The notes: generated by a model not told the origin, from the letters alone. DNA of 64,000 nt from Candidatus Cryptobacteroides sp. (GCA_045600565.1 JAZRYB010000057.1:15044-79043), one strand, 5' to 3'; positions 28,813 through 39,706 are shown, counted from the first letter of the stretch. Translations and numbers: made by a program.

Positions 28813-30324
28813 TTATTCGTAATAAATAGTGTTTCCTTCAGCTCTGTTGAGATTTGATTCAATCATCTGCAACTCAATGCTCGAGTCTATAAACTCCGAG
28901 TGGGCTTTCAACCAGGCCGATTGTGCCGCCAATGTCACGTTTGATTCGACCACACCCTCCTCGAATCCGAGCATCGCGGCTCTGAGGTTCTCCTCGGCAC
29001 AATCAAGATTGCTTCTGGTCATCTCCAACTTTGAGAGGGCTTCCCGTCTCTTAGAATACAGTTGTGATACCTCGAGATTGACGAGCTTGACATATTCTTC
29101 ATACTTTGAGCGGTACAAGGACGCTTCGGTCTTTGCTTTTTGAGTCTTCTTCAGCGCTTCCAGTCCGTGGAAGACAGGCACCTTCATTATGACTCCGGCG
29201 GTCCAGAATCCTCTCAAATCTTTCTGGAATCCGTTATTCAGATTCGGGGTGGTCACAATATAGTTGGCGTTGAGCGCTATCTGTGGCATCATATCAGCCC
29301 TTGCCACCTTGATTTTCTGCTCATAAATCTTGACAGCATCATTGATGCTGCGCAATTCCGGGCGGCAACTGACAATCTCATCCAGATTCTTTGCAGGACG
29401 CTCATCAGGTACAGGAATCTTCTCCGTACCTTCATCAACGAGACAAATCTCCGAGTCAAGCGGAAGACCGATCAGTTTGCAAAGAAGCATCTTGGCGAGT
29501 TTCAGGCCATCATCGGCCTGTGTAAACATCATCGAAGCCTCGTTTGCCTTTACTTTTATTGCCAATCGGTCGGAAGTTGTATAGATACCCTCATCCACAA
29601 GGATGTCGGCATCGTGTTCCATGGTCTTGAGAAAGTCGGAGTAATTCTTGGCGAGCTCTTTTTTTGCCGCTATCGACACTATCTGCCAATATGCCTGGTC
29701 AACATTGACAATAGTTTGCCTGTATTGAATGTCATATTTGTCTTTTGCAAGCTCTTCTGCAAAACGGGCTATTTTGTTGGAGGCAATGATTTTCCCCCCT
29801 GCGAACAACGGCTGCTCGAGGCTTACTCCAGCAAGGAAAATCTGCCGGAGATCCGGATGCAGAAGGTTGTCGATACTGCTGCCTATGTCATTTACAGCCT
29901 GGGATATGTCGGTTGAAGATAAGGTCTTGAGCATAGTCTGCCACATAGGACTCTGAATGTATTCCTGAGCCAGGGCAGGATTTGTCATTATCATCTGCTG
30001 GATATCCCCAAGCTTGCCGGTGAGACTGTTTTGAAGCATTGTGCCGGCATTTCTCAACACGGCTCCTTGCTCTTCACCTATCAGATTGATTTCCGCTGTG
30101 TTATAAAAATAGGTACCGGCGGCCGATATGTTCGGGAAATAATTGGCTCGCGCTATGGCTCTATCATAGCGTGCCATATCTGTACTGATGCGCGCTTGCT
30201 CAAGGGCTTTGTCATTTTTGAGCGCAAGACTCCGGCAGACCTCGAGACTCAACTTCTCCTGGGCCTGACAGCACATTGATATAGAAAAGGTGAGAACCGC
30301 TAAAATTGTTTTTTTGATGCACAT
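28813..30324 (-). CDS. TolC-family outer-membrane efflux protein
   Basis: Signal peptide, LSLE.C..LALKN, ARANYFPNIS, QPLFAGGK. Confidence 0.9.
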   Translation of the reverse strand: MCIKKTILAVLTFSISMCCQAQEKLSLEVCRSLALKNDKALEQARISTDMARYDRAIARANYFPNISAAGTYFYNTAEINLIGEEQGAVLRNAGTMLQNSLTGKLGDIQQMIMTNPALAQEYIQSPMWQTMLKTLSSTDISQAVNDIGSSIDNLLHPDLRQIFLAGVSLEQPLFAGGKIIASNKIARFAEELAKDKYDIQYRQTIVNVDQAYWQIVSIAAKKELAKNYSDFLKTMEHDADILVDEGIYTTSDRLAIKVKANEASMMFTQADDGLKLAKMLLCKLIGLPLDSEICLVDEGTEKIPVPDERPAKNLDEIVSCRPELRSINDAVKIYEQKIKVARADMMPQIALNANYIVTTPNLNNGFQKDLRGFWTAGVIMKVPVFHGLEALKKTQKAKTEASLYRSKYEEYVKLVNLEVSQLYSKRREALSKLEMTRSNLDCAEENLRAAMLGFEEGVVESNVTLAAQSAWLKAHSEFIDSSIELQMIESNLNRAEGNTIYYE

Positions 30325-30477
30325 AGTTTTTAATTTTTATCCATTGTGCATCAAACTTGTGGCCAGATATGCCATGTGTGATACTTAATAGGGCATAATT
30401 ATTATCAAAATGTCGCTTTTTGTGGATAATGGATAAATTTTTGTCTATTATTGCAAAATAATAACGTGTGTACAAAT

Positions 30478-31389
30478 ATGACAGAGAGACATATTCTTGA
30501 TATCCCTACCTTCCTGACACATCTGCCGAAATCATCATACAAGGCGTTGGGCGATGATTTCTTCATCGCCAGATTGACCTATGACGATTCAATGTCCTTT
30601 ATGAAATATCCTGTGCGTTTCAACGGCTTTCTGGCGTTCTTTTGCCACGAGGGCAAATTCAACATTGACATCAATCTCCGGTCATATGAGGTCAGCGAAG
30701 GCTCCATTGTCATTTATACCCCCGGAAATATGGTGAGAGTCACAGAGGCGGATTCCGTTGAACTGAAGAAACTGTCTTTCACCTTGGTGGCCTCATCCGA
30801 GATGTTCATTACCGATGTGAAGGTGGACTTCTCCAAATTGTACGAGGACAGCCTCCTTGCATTGGAAAATCCCTGCATCAAATTGAACAACGAGGAGATA
30901 GATGTCCTGAGAGGGTATTACAACCTGACCGAGACACTTCTGTCAAAGAATATTGAGAATGTCGACAAGTCCGTGAAATATCTCGGAGCATCCATTTTCT
31001 GCCTGATGGGTTCCATCTGGAAAAACCGTATTGATGCCGTGGAGACAGAAATTCGCCCCAGGACAATCCGCTCGACTTATGTCTATGAGTCGTTTTTGAA
31101 ACTTGTCGCAGAGCATCATTCCAGAGAACGTGTCATTACATATTACGCCGATAAGCTTTATCTGTCTCCCAAGTATTTGTCAAAACTCATCAAGAAGGTG
31201 AGCGGGAGGTCTGCGGCTGAATGGATTGACGGCTTTGTCGTATTGGATGCCAAAAATCTTCTGAAATACTCGGATTTGAGCATCAAGGAAATAGCGTTCA
31301 AGATGAATTTCTCCAGTGTCCCGGCGTTTTACAAGTTCTTTTCCAAGGAGACGGGGATGACGCCGGCGGCATACCGTGAGAAGGGGTAA
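30478..31389 (+). CDS. AraC-family transcriptional regulator
   Basis: C-terminal YADKLYLSPKYLS..IK..SG, SIKEIAFKMNF...AFYKFF.KETGMTP. Confidence 0.93.
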   Translation: MTERHILDIPTFLTHLPKSSYKALGDDFFIARLTYDDSMSFMKYPVRFNGFLAFFCHEGKFNIDINLRSYEVSEGSIVIYTPGNMVRVTEADSVELKKLSFTLVASSEMFITDVKVDFSKLYEDSLLALENPCIKLNNEEIDVLRGYYNLTETLLSKNIENVDKSVKYLGASIFCLMGSIWKNRIDAVETEIRPRTIRSTYVYESFLKLVAEHHSRERVITYYADKLYLSPKYLSKLIKKVSGRSAAEWIDGFVVLDAKNLLKYSDLSIKEIAFKMNFSSVPAFYKFFSKETGMTPAAYREKG

Positions 31390-31403
31390 CCCTTGGACTA
31401 CCG

Positions 31404-32453
31404 CTATATATGCTCTACTTCGGGATGGAGGCGTATACCAAATTTGGCGAATACGGTATCTGTGATAGCCTGCTCCAGCGCCAATATTTCTTGAGGCGAA
31501 GCGCTCCCCGTGGCGTTTACAAGTACAAGTGGCTGTTTCTCATGTACGGCGGCGTTTCCCATCTTGAGTCCTTTGAAACCGCATTGCTCAATCATCCAGG
31601 CTGCCGGGACTTTTATCATTCCCAAGCCCATATCGTAATGGGGTACAGTATAATTTCCGCCGTTGTCCCTGCGTGCTATGTCAATGATATCAAGAAACTG
31701 TGCGGCTGTGATTATGGGATTTTTAAAGAAACTGCCGGCACTTCCGGTCTCTGTGGGGTCCGGCAGCTTTTCGCGCCGAATGTCAATGACGGCTTCGCGT
31801 ATCTGCAGGGGTGATGACGGGGCCGATGTGCCGAGAACTGTGGTCAGGCCTTTATAGTCCAGATGCGGACGCGGCTCCCTGCTCAGACGGAACAACACGC
31901 TGGTGATGATGAATCTGCCTTTGTCCCGTTTATCTTTGAATTTTGATGTCCTGTAGCCATATTCACATTCTTCGACTTTGAAAGTGACTTTCCGCTTCTC
32001 CGAAATGTCATAACAAACTACTCCGGAAATGATGTCTTTGACTTCCACTCCGTATGCTCCTATGTTCTGCACGGCTGCCGCACCGACTTCTCCCGGGATG
32101 AGCGAGAGATTCTCGGCACCCCACAGGCCGTTGTCGCACACCTCTTTGACAAAGCGGTCAAAATTGACCCCCGCACCCACGGCGATCGGGACTTCGTTGA
32201 GCCCCACATCGAAATACTTGATATAGTCTATCTTCGAATGGAGCACTGTCCCTTCGTAATCACCGGTGAAAAGCAGGTTGCTGCCCTCTCCGATGTGCAT
32301 TATCGGTTGCGGCAATGAAGAAAAGTCTATTTTCTCAAGATCCGCGGCCCTGTCATATTCCAGCCAGCGGGAGCATTTGACCTTCATTCCGAAGGTATTG
32401 TGTGCGGACAGGTCGAAATTGTCTTGTACAGTAATCATGGAAATGTCATTCAA
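31404..32453 (-). CDS. murB: UDP-N-acetylenolpyruvoylglucosamine reductase
   Basis: HNTFG, GEGSNLLF, LSLIPGEVGAAAVQNIGAYG, GSFFKNP, HEKQPLVLVN. Confidence 0.96.
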   Translation of the reverse strand: MNDISMITVQDNFDLSAHNTFGMKVKCSRWLEYDRAADLEKIDFSSLPQPIMHIGEGSNLLFTGDYEGTVLHSKIDYIKYFDVGLNEVPIAVGAGVNFDRFVKEVCDNGLWGAENLSLIPGEVGAAAVQNIGAYGVEVKDIISGVVCYDISEKRKVTFKVEECEYGYRTSKFKDKRDKGRFIITSVLFRLSREPRPHLDYKGLTTVLGTSAPSSPLQIREAVIDIRREKLPDPTETGSAGSFFKNPIITAAQFLDIIDIARRDNGGNYTVPHYDMGLGMIKVPAAWMIEQCGFKGLKMGNAAVHEKQPLVLVNATGSASPQEILALEQAITDTVFAKFGIRLHPEVEHI

Positions 32454-34938
32454 ATGTAACGACGGTCACTCCGGCTCCGCCGAACTGGACTTGCTCATCT
32501 TTGACGGACGAGATGCCCGGGATGGTCTTGAGGTATTTTTGAATCTCCTCGCGGAGCACTCCCGTACCTTTGCCGTGAATGATTCTTATTGACCCGATGT
32601 TGAGCATAATGGCGTCATCGACGTAATGGGTGATGATATCCAGAGCCTCCGGCAACCTTGAGCCGCGTACATCGATTTCTGTCTTGAAGTTGAGTTTTCG
32701 CTCGGATATGTTGCTGTCGATGATTTGTCTGGGAATCCGTTCACTATGTTTGACGGCGGCTTTGTATTCATTGGAAGAAATCCTCTCCACCTTGTCATGC
32801 GGCATTTTGCTGCTGATGTTCCCGATAATGACCGTGACGGCTTTGTTGGAGACCTTGGACACTTCTCCCACCATGCCGTTTTCCTTGACTCGGACTTTTT
32901 CGCCTACTTTTAGTGCTCCGCTACGGAAGGAAGTCTCTTCTTTCGTCTCTTCAGAAGCTCTGCGGTCACGCCAGCGTTCCTGTCTTTTGGTCAGCAGCTC
33001 AAGTTTCTTGTCAATATATTCGTCTCTTGCAGTTTGTTCCTTGGATTTTTTCTGCTGGAGAGCGCTGACAAAATGCTGGAGCTCTTTTCGCGCTTCCTTT
33101 GTCTGCTCTTTCTCAGCCTGTGCCTCTTTGATTGCACGTATGGTGTTTTCCACCTGTTTGTTGGCCCCCTTGACTATTTCTTCCGCTTCCCGCTTCGCTT
33201 CGTCCAGAATGCTCTTCTTTTGCTGCTTTATTTCTGACAGCTCCTTCTGGTATTTACCGGTGATGTTTTCAAGTGTTTTGTCGGTCTGCCGGATGCGGGT
33301 GAGTCTCTCGTCCAGCGCTTTTCTGTTTCTGGCAATCTTCCGCAGATTACGCTCTATTCCGACAAATTCTTCTCCCGCCCTGCTCTCTGCGTCCTTTACG
33401 ATATTTTCAGGAAGGCCCATCTTTCTTGCCAATTCAAAGGCGAAAGAATTGCCCGGAAGCCCTATCTCGAGTTTGAACATAGGAGCAATGTTCTTGGAAT
33501 CGAACAGCATAGCTCCGTTCTCGACCCCCGTATCCCCACTTGTGACGTAGAGCTTGAGATTGGTATAATGAGTCGTGATGACGCCGAAGGTCCCTCTCTT
33601 ATCCATTTCGCTGAGGATGGCTTCCGCAATAGCCCCTCCGGCGGCCGGCTCCGTTCCGGACCCGAATTCGTCTATGAGTATCAGAGTATTGTTGTCAGCT
33701 TTGGCGAGCATTTCCTTCATATCGCAGAGGAAGGAACTATAGGTGCTGAGGTCATTCTCTATGGATTGATCATCTCCGATGCTGACCATAATGCGGTCGA
33801 AGACAGTCATTTCCGATGTCTCTGATGTAGGAATGAGCATTCCCCATTGGAACATATACTGCAGCAGTCCCACGGTCTTGAGGCAGACTGATTTTCCGCC
33901 GGCGTTAGGTCCTGAAATGAGCAGGATGTGCTTTGCCGGGGTGAGAGTGACGGACAGAGGAGAAATGCTCTTGTCCTCTTTGCGAAGGGCCTTCTCCAAG
34001 AGAGGGTGCCTTGCCTTCCGCAGCCTCATTCCTCCATCATCGGACAGCACCGGCATTCCGGCTATGATATCAATTGCCGTTTGGGCTTTCGCAATCAGGA
34101 AATCAATCTCTCCGACAAATGTGGCCCCTTTCAGAAGATCCGGGACATATGGTCTCAAAAAGTCGCTGAATTCGTACAGAATGCGTGCGATTTCGCGGCT
34201 TTCGGCAAACCGAAGTTCGCTGATATCATTCTCCAACTCTACAATTTCTGCCGGTTCGATGAAGGTTGTCTTCCCGGAAGCGGATTCGTCATATATGAAT
34301 CCAGGGACTCTTTTCTTGTTGGCTGTATTGACAGGAATCAAATATTTGCCGTCGCGTATCGACACCCCCAGTTCGGCATCTGCGAGACCCTCTTCTTGAG
34401 CAATGCGCAGTATCGCGTTGGCTCTTTTGGATATGAGAGCTTCCTTCTCCTTCAGGGTCTTTCTTATGTTGTACAGATTGTCCGATGCCGTATCCTTGAT
34501 TTCCCCGTATTTGTCCAGTATTGTATCAATCCGACGCTGGACTTCGGGAAAATATGCAATCGGAGCCGCCATTTTCTGGAGATTCGGATATATGCCGTCC
34601 TTGATGCTGATGAAGAACCGGGTGATTTTGCGTATGGTCTCAAGAAGTGTCCGGAGTTTACCCAGAGACAATATATCAATGTTATATCCTTCTTTGCGCA
34701 GAGGTGTGAGAAGTGGTATGCAATCGATATAACCGCTTGTCGGGAAGCTCTCTTCAAACATAATGATAAGCTTCATCTCATCAGTCAACTGCAACCGGTT
34801 CATTATTGTTTTCTTGTCGGTACAGAATTCTTCTGTGGCCACGCGCCCCGCCGCATAGTCAGTGGAACACTTGTCCGAAACCATCTGTCTGAGCCGGTCG
34901 AATCCCAGTTTATTCTCCAGTCTTGTTTCTATCATCAA
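32446..34938 (-). CDS. mutS2: MutS2 / Smr-domain ATPase
   Basis: ISGPNAGGKS, IGDDQSIENDLSTYSS, DEFGSGTEP, KOW-like region, Smr IIHGKGTG. Confidence 0.95.
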   Translation of the reverse strand: MMIETRLENKLGFDRLRQMVSDKCSTDYAAGRVATEEFCTDKKTIMNRLQLTDEMKLIIMFEESFPTSGYIDCIPLLTPLRKEGYNIDILSLGKLRTLLETIRKITRFFISIKDGIYPNLQKMAAPIAYFPEVQRRIDTILDKYGEIKDTASDNLYNIRKTLKEKEALISKRANAILRIAQEEGLADAELGVSIRDGKYLIPVNTANKKRVPGFIYDESASGKTTFIEPAEIVELENDISELRFAESREIARILYEFSDFLRPYVPDLLKGATFVGEIDFLIAKAQTAIDIIAGMPVLSDDGGMRLRKARHPLLEKALRKEDKSISPLSVTLTPAKHILLISGPNAGGKSVCLKTVGLLQYMFQWGMLIPTSETSEMTVFDRIMVSIGDDQSIENDLSTYSSFLCDMKEMLAKADNNTLILIDEFGSGTEPAAGGAIAEAILSEMDKRGTFGVITTHYTNLKLYVTSGDTGVENGAMLFDSKNIAPMFKLEIGLPGNSFAFELARKMGLPENIVKDAESRAGEEFVGIERNLRKIARNRKALDERLTRIRQTDKTLENITGKYQKELSEIKQQKKSILDEAKREAEEIVKGANKQVENTIRAIKEAQAEKEQTKEARKELQHFVSALQQKKSKEQTARDEYIDKKLELLTKRQERWRDRRASEETKEETSFRSGALKVGEKVRVKENGMVGEVSKVSNKAVTVIIGNISSKMPHDKVERISSNEYKAAVKHSERIPRQIIDSNISERKLNFKTEIDVRGSRLPEALDIITHYVDDAIMLNIGSIRIIHGKGTGVLREEIQKYLKTIPGISSVKDEQVQFGGAGVTVVTFE

Positions 34939-35683
34939 GCAATAAATTCTTCAACTCGTTCTTTCCTTTCACTTTTGTGATTTTCCCTTCCCTGATATGC
35001 GAAATACCACCGGTTTCTTCCGAAACGACTATCACCTCCGCGTCACTTTCTTCTGACATACCGATGGCCGCCTTGTGCCGCATCCCGAACTGAGGTGGAA
35101 TGTCTGTGCGGCTCGTAATGGGGAGGGTGCAGCGCGCGGCGACTATTCTGTCTTTGTTGATTATCACTGCTCCATCGTGGAGAGGTGAATTCTTGAAGAA
35201 AAGATTCATCAGGAGCCTCCTGCTGACAGCCGCATCAATAATGTCGCCTGTATCCACTATGTTCTGAATCGGTATCTTGTGGGGAATGACTATCAGGGCT
35301 CCTGTCTTCTGCGCGGACATCACCATGCAGGCTTCCACAATCTCATTTACATCTGCCCCGGCGAGCTGTTTGTCTTTTATTTTGAACAACCAGGATCTGG
35401 AGCCGATTCGGGAGAGGAAGTGCCTGATTTCCGGTTGGAAAATCATAATGACGGCCAGAACTCCCACATCCAGAATAGCCCCCATCAGGGCGGACATCAA
35501 CTTCATATCCAGCAGATATACCACGGATCTCAAAAGAATCAGCAGAATGATGGCAATGAAAATGTTGAGCGCGGATGAATTCTTAATCCAACGGAAGCCG
35601 AAAAAAATGAATAATGCCACCAGCAGGATGTCCAGCACATCTGTCAGCGAAAAATCGAGAAAACCTAAAATTTGCAATAGCAT
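34910..35683 (-). CDS. dacA: Diadenylate cyclase (CdaA type)
   Basis: N-terminal TMs, IFQPEIR, PLHDGA, GMRHKAA, VSEETG; start moved to MLLQIL. Confidence 0.93.
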   Translation of the reverse strand: MLLQILGFLDFSLTDVLDILLVALFIFFGFRWIKNSSALNIFIAIILLILLRSVVYLLDMKLMSALMGAILDVGVLAVIMIFQPEIRHFLSRIGSRSWLFKIKDKQLAGADVNEIVEACMVMSAQKTGALIVIPHKIPIQNIVDTGDIIDAAVSRRLLMNLFFKNSPLHDGAVIINKDRIVAARCTLPITSRTDIPPQFGMRHKAAIGMSEESDAEVIVVSEETGGISHIREGKITKVKGKNELKNLLLDDRNKTGE

Positions 35684-35741
35684 AGTTCGGCAAAGATACA
35701 ACAAATCTTCGTCAATCACTTGAAAATTAAAAAATTAGTTG

Positions 35742-35749
35742 TATATTTG
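35742..35749 (+). promoter_or_regulatory. -7 element TATATTTG driving rplC...rpsC
   Basis: Consensus match, divergent from the dacA promoter at 35691-35698. Confidence 0.75.
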
Positions 35750-35808
35750 CAGCCCGCCAAAATGTGAGGTGGGCATTAAAGTATTTATTATCAAACAATT
35801 ATCTAAAA

Positions 35809-36435
35809 ATGCCTGGATTAATTGGAAAGAAAATCGGAATGACTTCCGTTTTCAGTGCTGATGGAAAAAATATTCCATGCACTGTTATCGAAGCTGGGCC
35901 ATGTGTTGTTACGCAAATCCGTACAGTAGAGAAAGATGGTTATGCCGCTGTACAGCTTGCCTATGACGAAATTTCAGAAAAGCATGCCAGCGCGCCTCTT
36001 ATGGGCCATTTCAAAAAGGCAGGAACCACTCCTCGTCGTAAACTTGTCGAGTTTGAGGCAGATTTCGCAGGAGAGCTTAAATTAGGCGATGTCCTTTCAG
36101 TCGCTGACATCATCACTGAGGATGTCAAGTATGTGGATGTGGCCGGTACTTCTAAAGGTAAAGGTTTTCAGGGCGTTGTAAAACGTCACGGTTTTGCCGG
36201 AGTAGGTGGTAAGACTCACGGTCAGCACAACAGGCTCCGTCATCCCGGTTCAATGGGCGCATCTTCTTGGCCTTCTCGCGTATTCCCGGGAATGCGTATG
36301 GGCGGTCATATGGGCAACGAAAGAGTGAAGGTAAGAAACCTTCAGGTTGTCAAAGTGATACCTGAGAACAATCTTCTCGTCATTAAGGGCTCTGTTCCTG
36401 GAGCTAAAGGTTCTTACGTAATAATGGAGGCTTAA
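35809..36435 (+). CDS. rplC: 50S ribosomal protein L3
   Basis: [21 protein letters not shown]. Confidence 0.98.
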   Translation: MPGLIGKKIGMTSVFSADGKNIPCTVIEAGPCVVTQIRTVEKDGYAAVQLAYDEISEKHASAPLMGHFKKAGTTPRRKLVEFEADFAGELKLGDVLSVADIITEDVKYVDVAGTSKGKGFQGVVKRHGFAGVGGKTHGQHNRLRHPGSMGASSWPSRVFPGMRMGGHMGNERVKVRNLQVVKVIPENNLLVIKGSVPGAKGSYVIMEA

Positions 36436-36438
36436 GAT

Positions 36439-37065
36439 ATGAAATTGTCAGTCTTGAAAATCGACGGAACAGATTCCGGAAAGCAGATAGATCTCGATGA
36501 AAGAGTATTCGGTGTAACTCCGAATGACCACGCTATTTATCTTGACGTAGTTCAGTATCTTGCTCACCAGCGTCAGGGTACCTCCAAGACAAAGGATCGT
36601 AGCGAAGTAGCTTACAGCACCAAGAAGCTCGGTCGCCAGAAAGGCGGCGGAGGTGCGCGTCACGGTAGCTTGAAGTCAAATATCTTCGTAGGCGGTGGTC
36701 GCGTATTCGGCCCGACGCCACGTATTTACAGAACAAAGTTGAATAAGAAGGTGAAGGCTCTCGCACGCTTCTCTGCCCTTACATACAAGGCGCAGGAGAA
36801 TGCCATTACATTCGTTGAGCCGTTTGCAATGGAAGCTCCGAAGACTAAGGAATTCCTCCAGATTCTTGCCAACATCAAGGCAGGAGACAGAAAGATTCTC
36901 TTCGTTCTTCCTGAAAATTCAACAAATATTTACCTTTCGTCTCGCAATCTTCCTAATGTGAAAGTCATCACTGTTGACGAAATCAACACTTACGTGATTA
37001 TGAATGCAAATTCACTCGTGCTTGTTGACGGTGTTCAGGATATCCTTTCATCAAGAGTAAGATAA
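36439..37065 (+). CDS. rplD: 50S ribosomal protein L4
   Basis: RQGTSKTK.RSEV, RQKG.G.ARHG, GGGRVFGP. Confidence 0.98.
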   Translation: MKLSVLKIDGTDSGKQIDLDERVFGVTPNDHAIYLDVVQYLAHQRQGTSKTKDRSEVAYSTKKLGRQKGGGGARHGSLKSNIFVGGGRVFGPTPRIYRTKLNKKVKALARFSALTYKAQENAITFVEPFAMEAPKTKEFLQILANIKAGDRKILFVLPENSTNIYLSSRNLPNVKVITVDEINTYVIMNANSLVLVDGVQDILSSRVR

Positions 37066-37085
37066 GACGCCAAAAAGATAAAGCG

Positions 37086-37376
37086 ATGGGAATAATAATT
37101 AAGCCAATAGTAACAGAAAAGTTAACGGATCAGGGCGAAAAGTTGAACCGTTACGGCTTCATCGTTGACCGCAAAGCCAACAAGCTTCAGGTCAAGGCTG
37201 CCGTAGAGCAGATGTACAATGTGACAGTTGCGGATGTAAACACTGTCAACTATCACGGAAAGAAAAAATCACGCTTTACAAAGTCAGGACTCCTCAGAGG
37301 CCGCGCAAATCACTACAAGAAGGCATATGTTACTCTTGCCGGTGAAGATAAGATTGATTTCTACAATAATATTTAA
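37086..37376 (+). CDS. rplW: 50S ribosomal protein L23
   Basis: [15 protein letters not shown]. Confidence 0.97.
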   Translation: MGIIIKPIVTEKLTDQGEKLNRYGFIVDRKANKLQVKAAVEQMYNVTVADVNTVNYHGKKKSRFTKSGLLRGRANHYKKAYVTLAGEDKIDFYNNI

Positions 37377-37390
37377 GGAGGGACGTAACA

Positions 37391-38215
37391 ATGGCAGTAA
37401 GAAAATTCAAACCAGTAACTCCTGGTCAAAGAAACAAGGTGATCAGCTCATTTGATGAGATCACTACCAAAAAGCCTCATAAGGCATTGTTGGAGCCCCT
37501 CAAGAGCACAGGCGGACGTAACAATACAGGTCAGATGACCGTACGTTACATCGGTGGCGGACACAAGAGAATGTACCGTGTCATCGATTTCTACCGCGTT
37601 AAGGATGAGTGCACAGCCAAGGTTCTTACCATTGAGTATGATCCTAACCGCAGCGCACGTATCGCTCTCGTAGAATATGAAGATGGTGTAAAGAAATACA
37701 TCATCGCTCCTAATGGACTCAAAGTCGGACAGATTGTAGCATCCGGAAAGAATGTCGCTCCGGAAGTGGGCAACTGTCTTCCTCTGAGTGAGATTCCTGT
37801 AGGTACACTTGTACACAACATCGAGCTTCGTCCGGGGCAGGGTGCCGTTATGGCACGTTCTGCCGGATCATTCGCACAGCTCGCGGCACGTGAGGGAAAT
37901 CATGCCGTTCTGCGCCTGCCTTCAGGTGAGACAAGAATGGTTCTCGTTTCCTGCCGTGCCACTGTCGGTACAGTATCCAATCCTGATCATAATTTGGAGT
38001 CATTCGGAAAGGCAGGTCGCAGCAGATGGCTCGGTCGCCGTCCACACAACCGTGGTGTTGTTATGAACCCTCACGATCACCCTATGGGAGGTGGTGAAGG
38101 ACGTGCATCCGGTGGACATCCTCGCTCACGCAAGGGCCTTCCAGCTAAGGGATATAAGACACGTAATCCTAAGGCGTCTTCAAATAAGTTCATCATTGAA
38201 AGAAGAAAGAAATAA
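37391..38215 (+). CDS. rplB: 50S ribosomal protein L2
   Basis: [30 protein letters not shown]. Confidence 0.99.
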   Translation: MAVRKFKPVTPGQRNKVISSFDEITTKKPHKALLEPLKSTGGRNNTGQMTVRYIGGGHKRMYRVIDFYRVKDECTAKVLTIEYDPNRSARIALVEYEDGVKKYIIAPNGLKVGQIVASGKNVAPEVGNCLPLSEIPVGTLVHNIELRPGQGAVMARSAGSFAQLAAREGNHAVLRLPSGETRMVLVSCRATVGTVSNPDHNLESFGKAGRSRWLGRRPHNRGVVMNPHDHPMGGGEGRASGGHPRSRKGLPAKGYKTRNPKASSNKFIIERRKK

Positions 38216-38237
38216 ACGGAATTAAACTTTAGAGATT

Positions 38238-38510
38238 ATGAGTCGTTCATTAAGAAAAGGTCCATATATCCAGGAAGCCCTGGAAAAGAAGATTCTTGCT
38301 ATGAATGAAGGTAGCAAGAAGAAAGAGGTGGTCAAGACCTGGTCACGCGCCAGTATGATTTCACCTGACTTCATCGGCCATACTATCGCAGTTCATAACG
38401 GAAACAAGTTCATTCCTGTTTATGTAACGGAGCAGATGGTAGGTCACAAGCTCGGCGAGTTCGCCCCTACACGTACATTCAGAGGTCATTCAGGTAACAA
38501 TAAGAAGTAA
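38238..38510 (+). CDS. rpsS: 30S ribosomal protein S19
   Basis: [19 protein letters not shown]. Confidence 0.99.
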   Translation: MSRSLRKGPYIQEALEKKILAMNEGSKKKEVVKTWSRASMISPDFIGHTIAVHNGNKFIPVYVTEQMVGHKLGEFAPTRTFRGHSGNNKK

Positions 38511-38515
38511 TCATT

Positions 38516-38932
38516 ATGGGAAAGCGTAAAAGACTTATGGCTGAAAGCCTCAAGGAGGCAAAAAAGGTTACAGCTATTGCCAAGTTGAATGATATTCCAA
38601 CTTCTCCTCGAAAGATGCGTCTCGTTGCAGACACAGTAAGAGGACAGGAGGTCAACCATGCTCTCGATCTTTTGAAATTCTCAAAGAGAGAAGCATCTGT
38701 TCGTCTTGAGAAACTTCTCCGCAGCGCAATCGCCAACTGGGAAGCCAAGAATCCGGACAAGACCAAAGATTTGGATAACGGTAATGTCATCGTCAAGACC
38801 ATTATGGTTGGTGAAGGCCGCACGCTCAAGAGAATCCGTCCTTGCCCTCAGGGCCGTGCCGGACGTATCCGCAAGCGTTCCAATCACGTTACTATCATCC
38901 TTGATGTCAAACCAACAGCAGTAGAGAAATAA
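38516..38932 (+). CDS. rplV: 50S ribosomal protein L22
   Basis: [24 protein letters not shown]. Confidence 0.98.
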   Translation: MGKRKRLMAESLKEAKKVTAIAKLNDIPTSPRKMRLVADTVRGQEVNHALDLLKFSKREASVRLEKLLRSAIANWEAKNPDKTKDLDNGNVIVKTIMVGEGRTLKRIRPCPQGRAGRIRKRSNHVTIILDVKPTAVEK

Positions 38933-38933
38933 T

Positions 38934-39689
38934 ATGGGACAGAAAACTAATCCTATTAGCAACAGAATCGGTATCACCCGTGGTTGGGACTCTAACTGGT
39001 GTGGTGGTAACTATGCGGAAAAGATTGCAGAAGACTTCGAGATCCGCAAGTATTTGACAAACCGTCTTTCAAAGGCCAGCCTTTCAAAGATTGTCATTGA
39101 GAGAACTCTTAAACTCATCACTGTCACAATTCACGCGGCTCGTCCGGGTGTCATTATCGGCAAGGGTGGTGCAGAAGTTGACAAGCTGAAAGAGGAGCTC
39201 AAGAAGGTCACTAAGAAGGATGTTCAGATCAACATCTTCGAGGTCAAGAGACCGGAAGTGGATGCTCACATCGTGGCTGACAGCATCGCGCGTCAGATTG
39301 AAGGCCGCGTTTCATATCGCCGTGCCATCAAGATGGCGGTTGCCAACACTATGAGAGTAGGTGCTGAGGGTATCAAGGTTCAGATCAGCGGTCGCGTCGG
39401 TGGCGCTGAAATGGCTCGTTCAGAAATGTTCAAAGAGGGTCGTACTCCTCTTCACACATTCCGTGCTGATATCGATTATGCACTTGCAGTTGCAAACACA
39501 AAGGTAGGTACCCTTGGAATCAAGGTCTGGATTTGCAATGGAGAGCGTTACGGCAAGCAGGATCTTTCTCCTAACGCAGGTATCGCGGCAAATGCACAGC
39601 CATCCAATCAGGGCCGTCCTTCACGTGGTGGAGATCGCGGCAATCGCCGTGGTGGCAATCGTGGGCCACGCAGAGATGCTCAAAAATAA
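38934..39689 (+). CDS. rpsC: 30S ribosomal protein S3
   Basis: [30 protein letters not shown]. Confidence 0.99.
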   Translation: MGQKTNPISNRIGITRGWDSNWCGGNYAEKIAEDFEIRKYLTNRLSKASLSKIVIERTLKLITVTIHAARPGVIIGKGGAEVDKLKEELKKVTKKDVQINIFEVKRPEVDAHIVADSIARQIEGRVSYRRAIKMAVANTMRVGAEGIKVQISGRVGGAEMARSEMFKEGRTPLHTFRADIDYALAVANTKVGTLGIKVWICNGERYGKQDLSPNAGIAANAQPSNQGRPSRGGDRGNRRGGNRGPRRDAQK

Positions 39690-39706
39690 ATTTTTGCATA
39701 TTTTTC

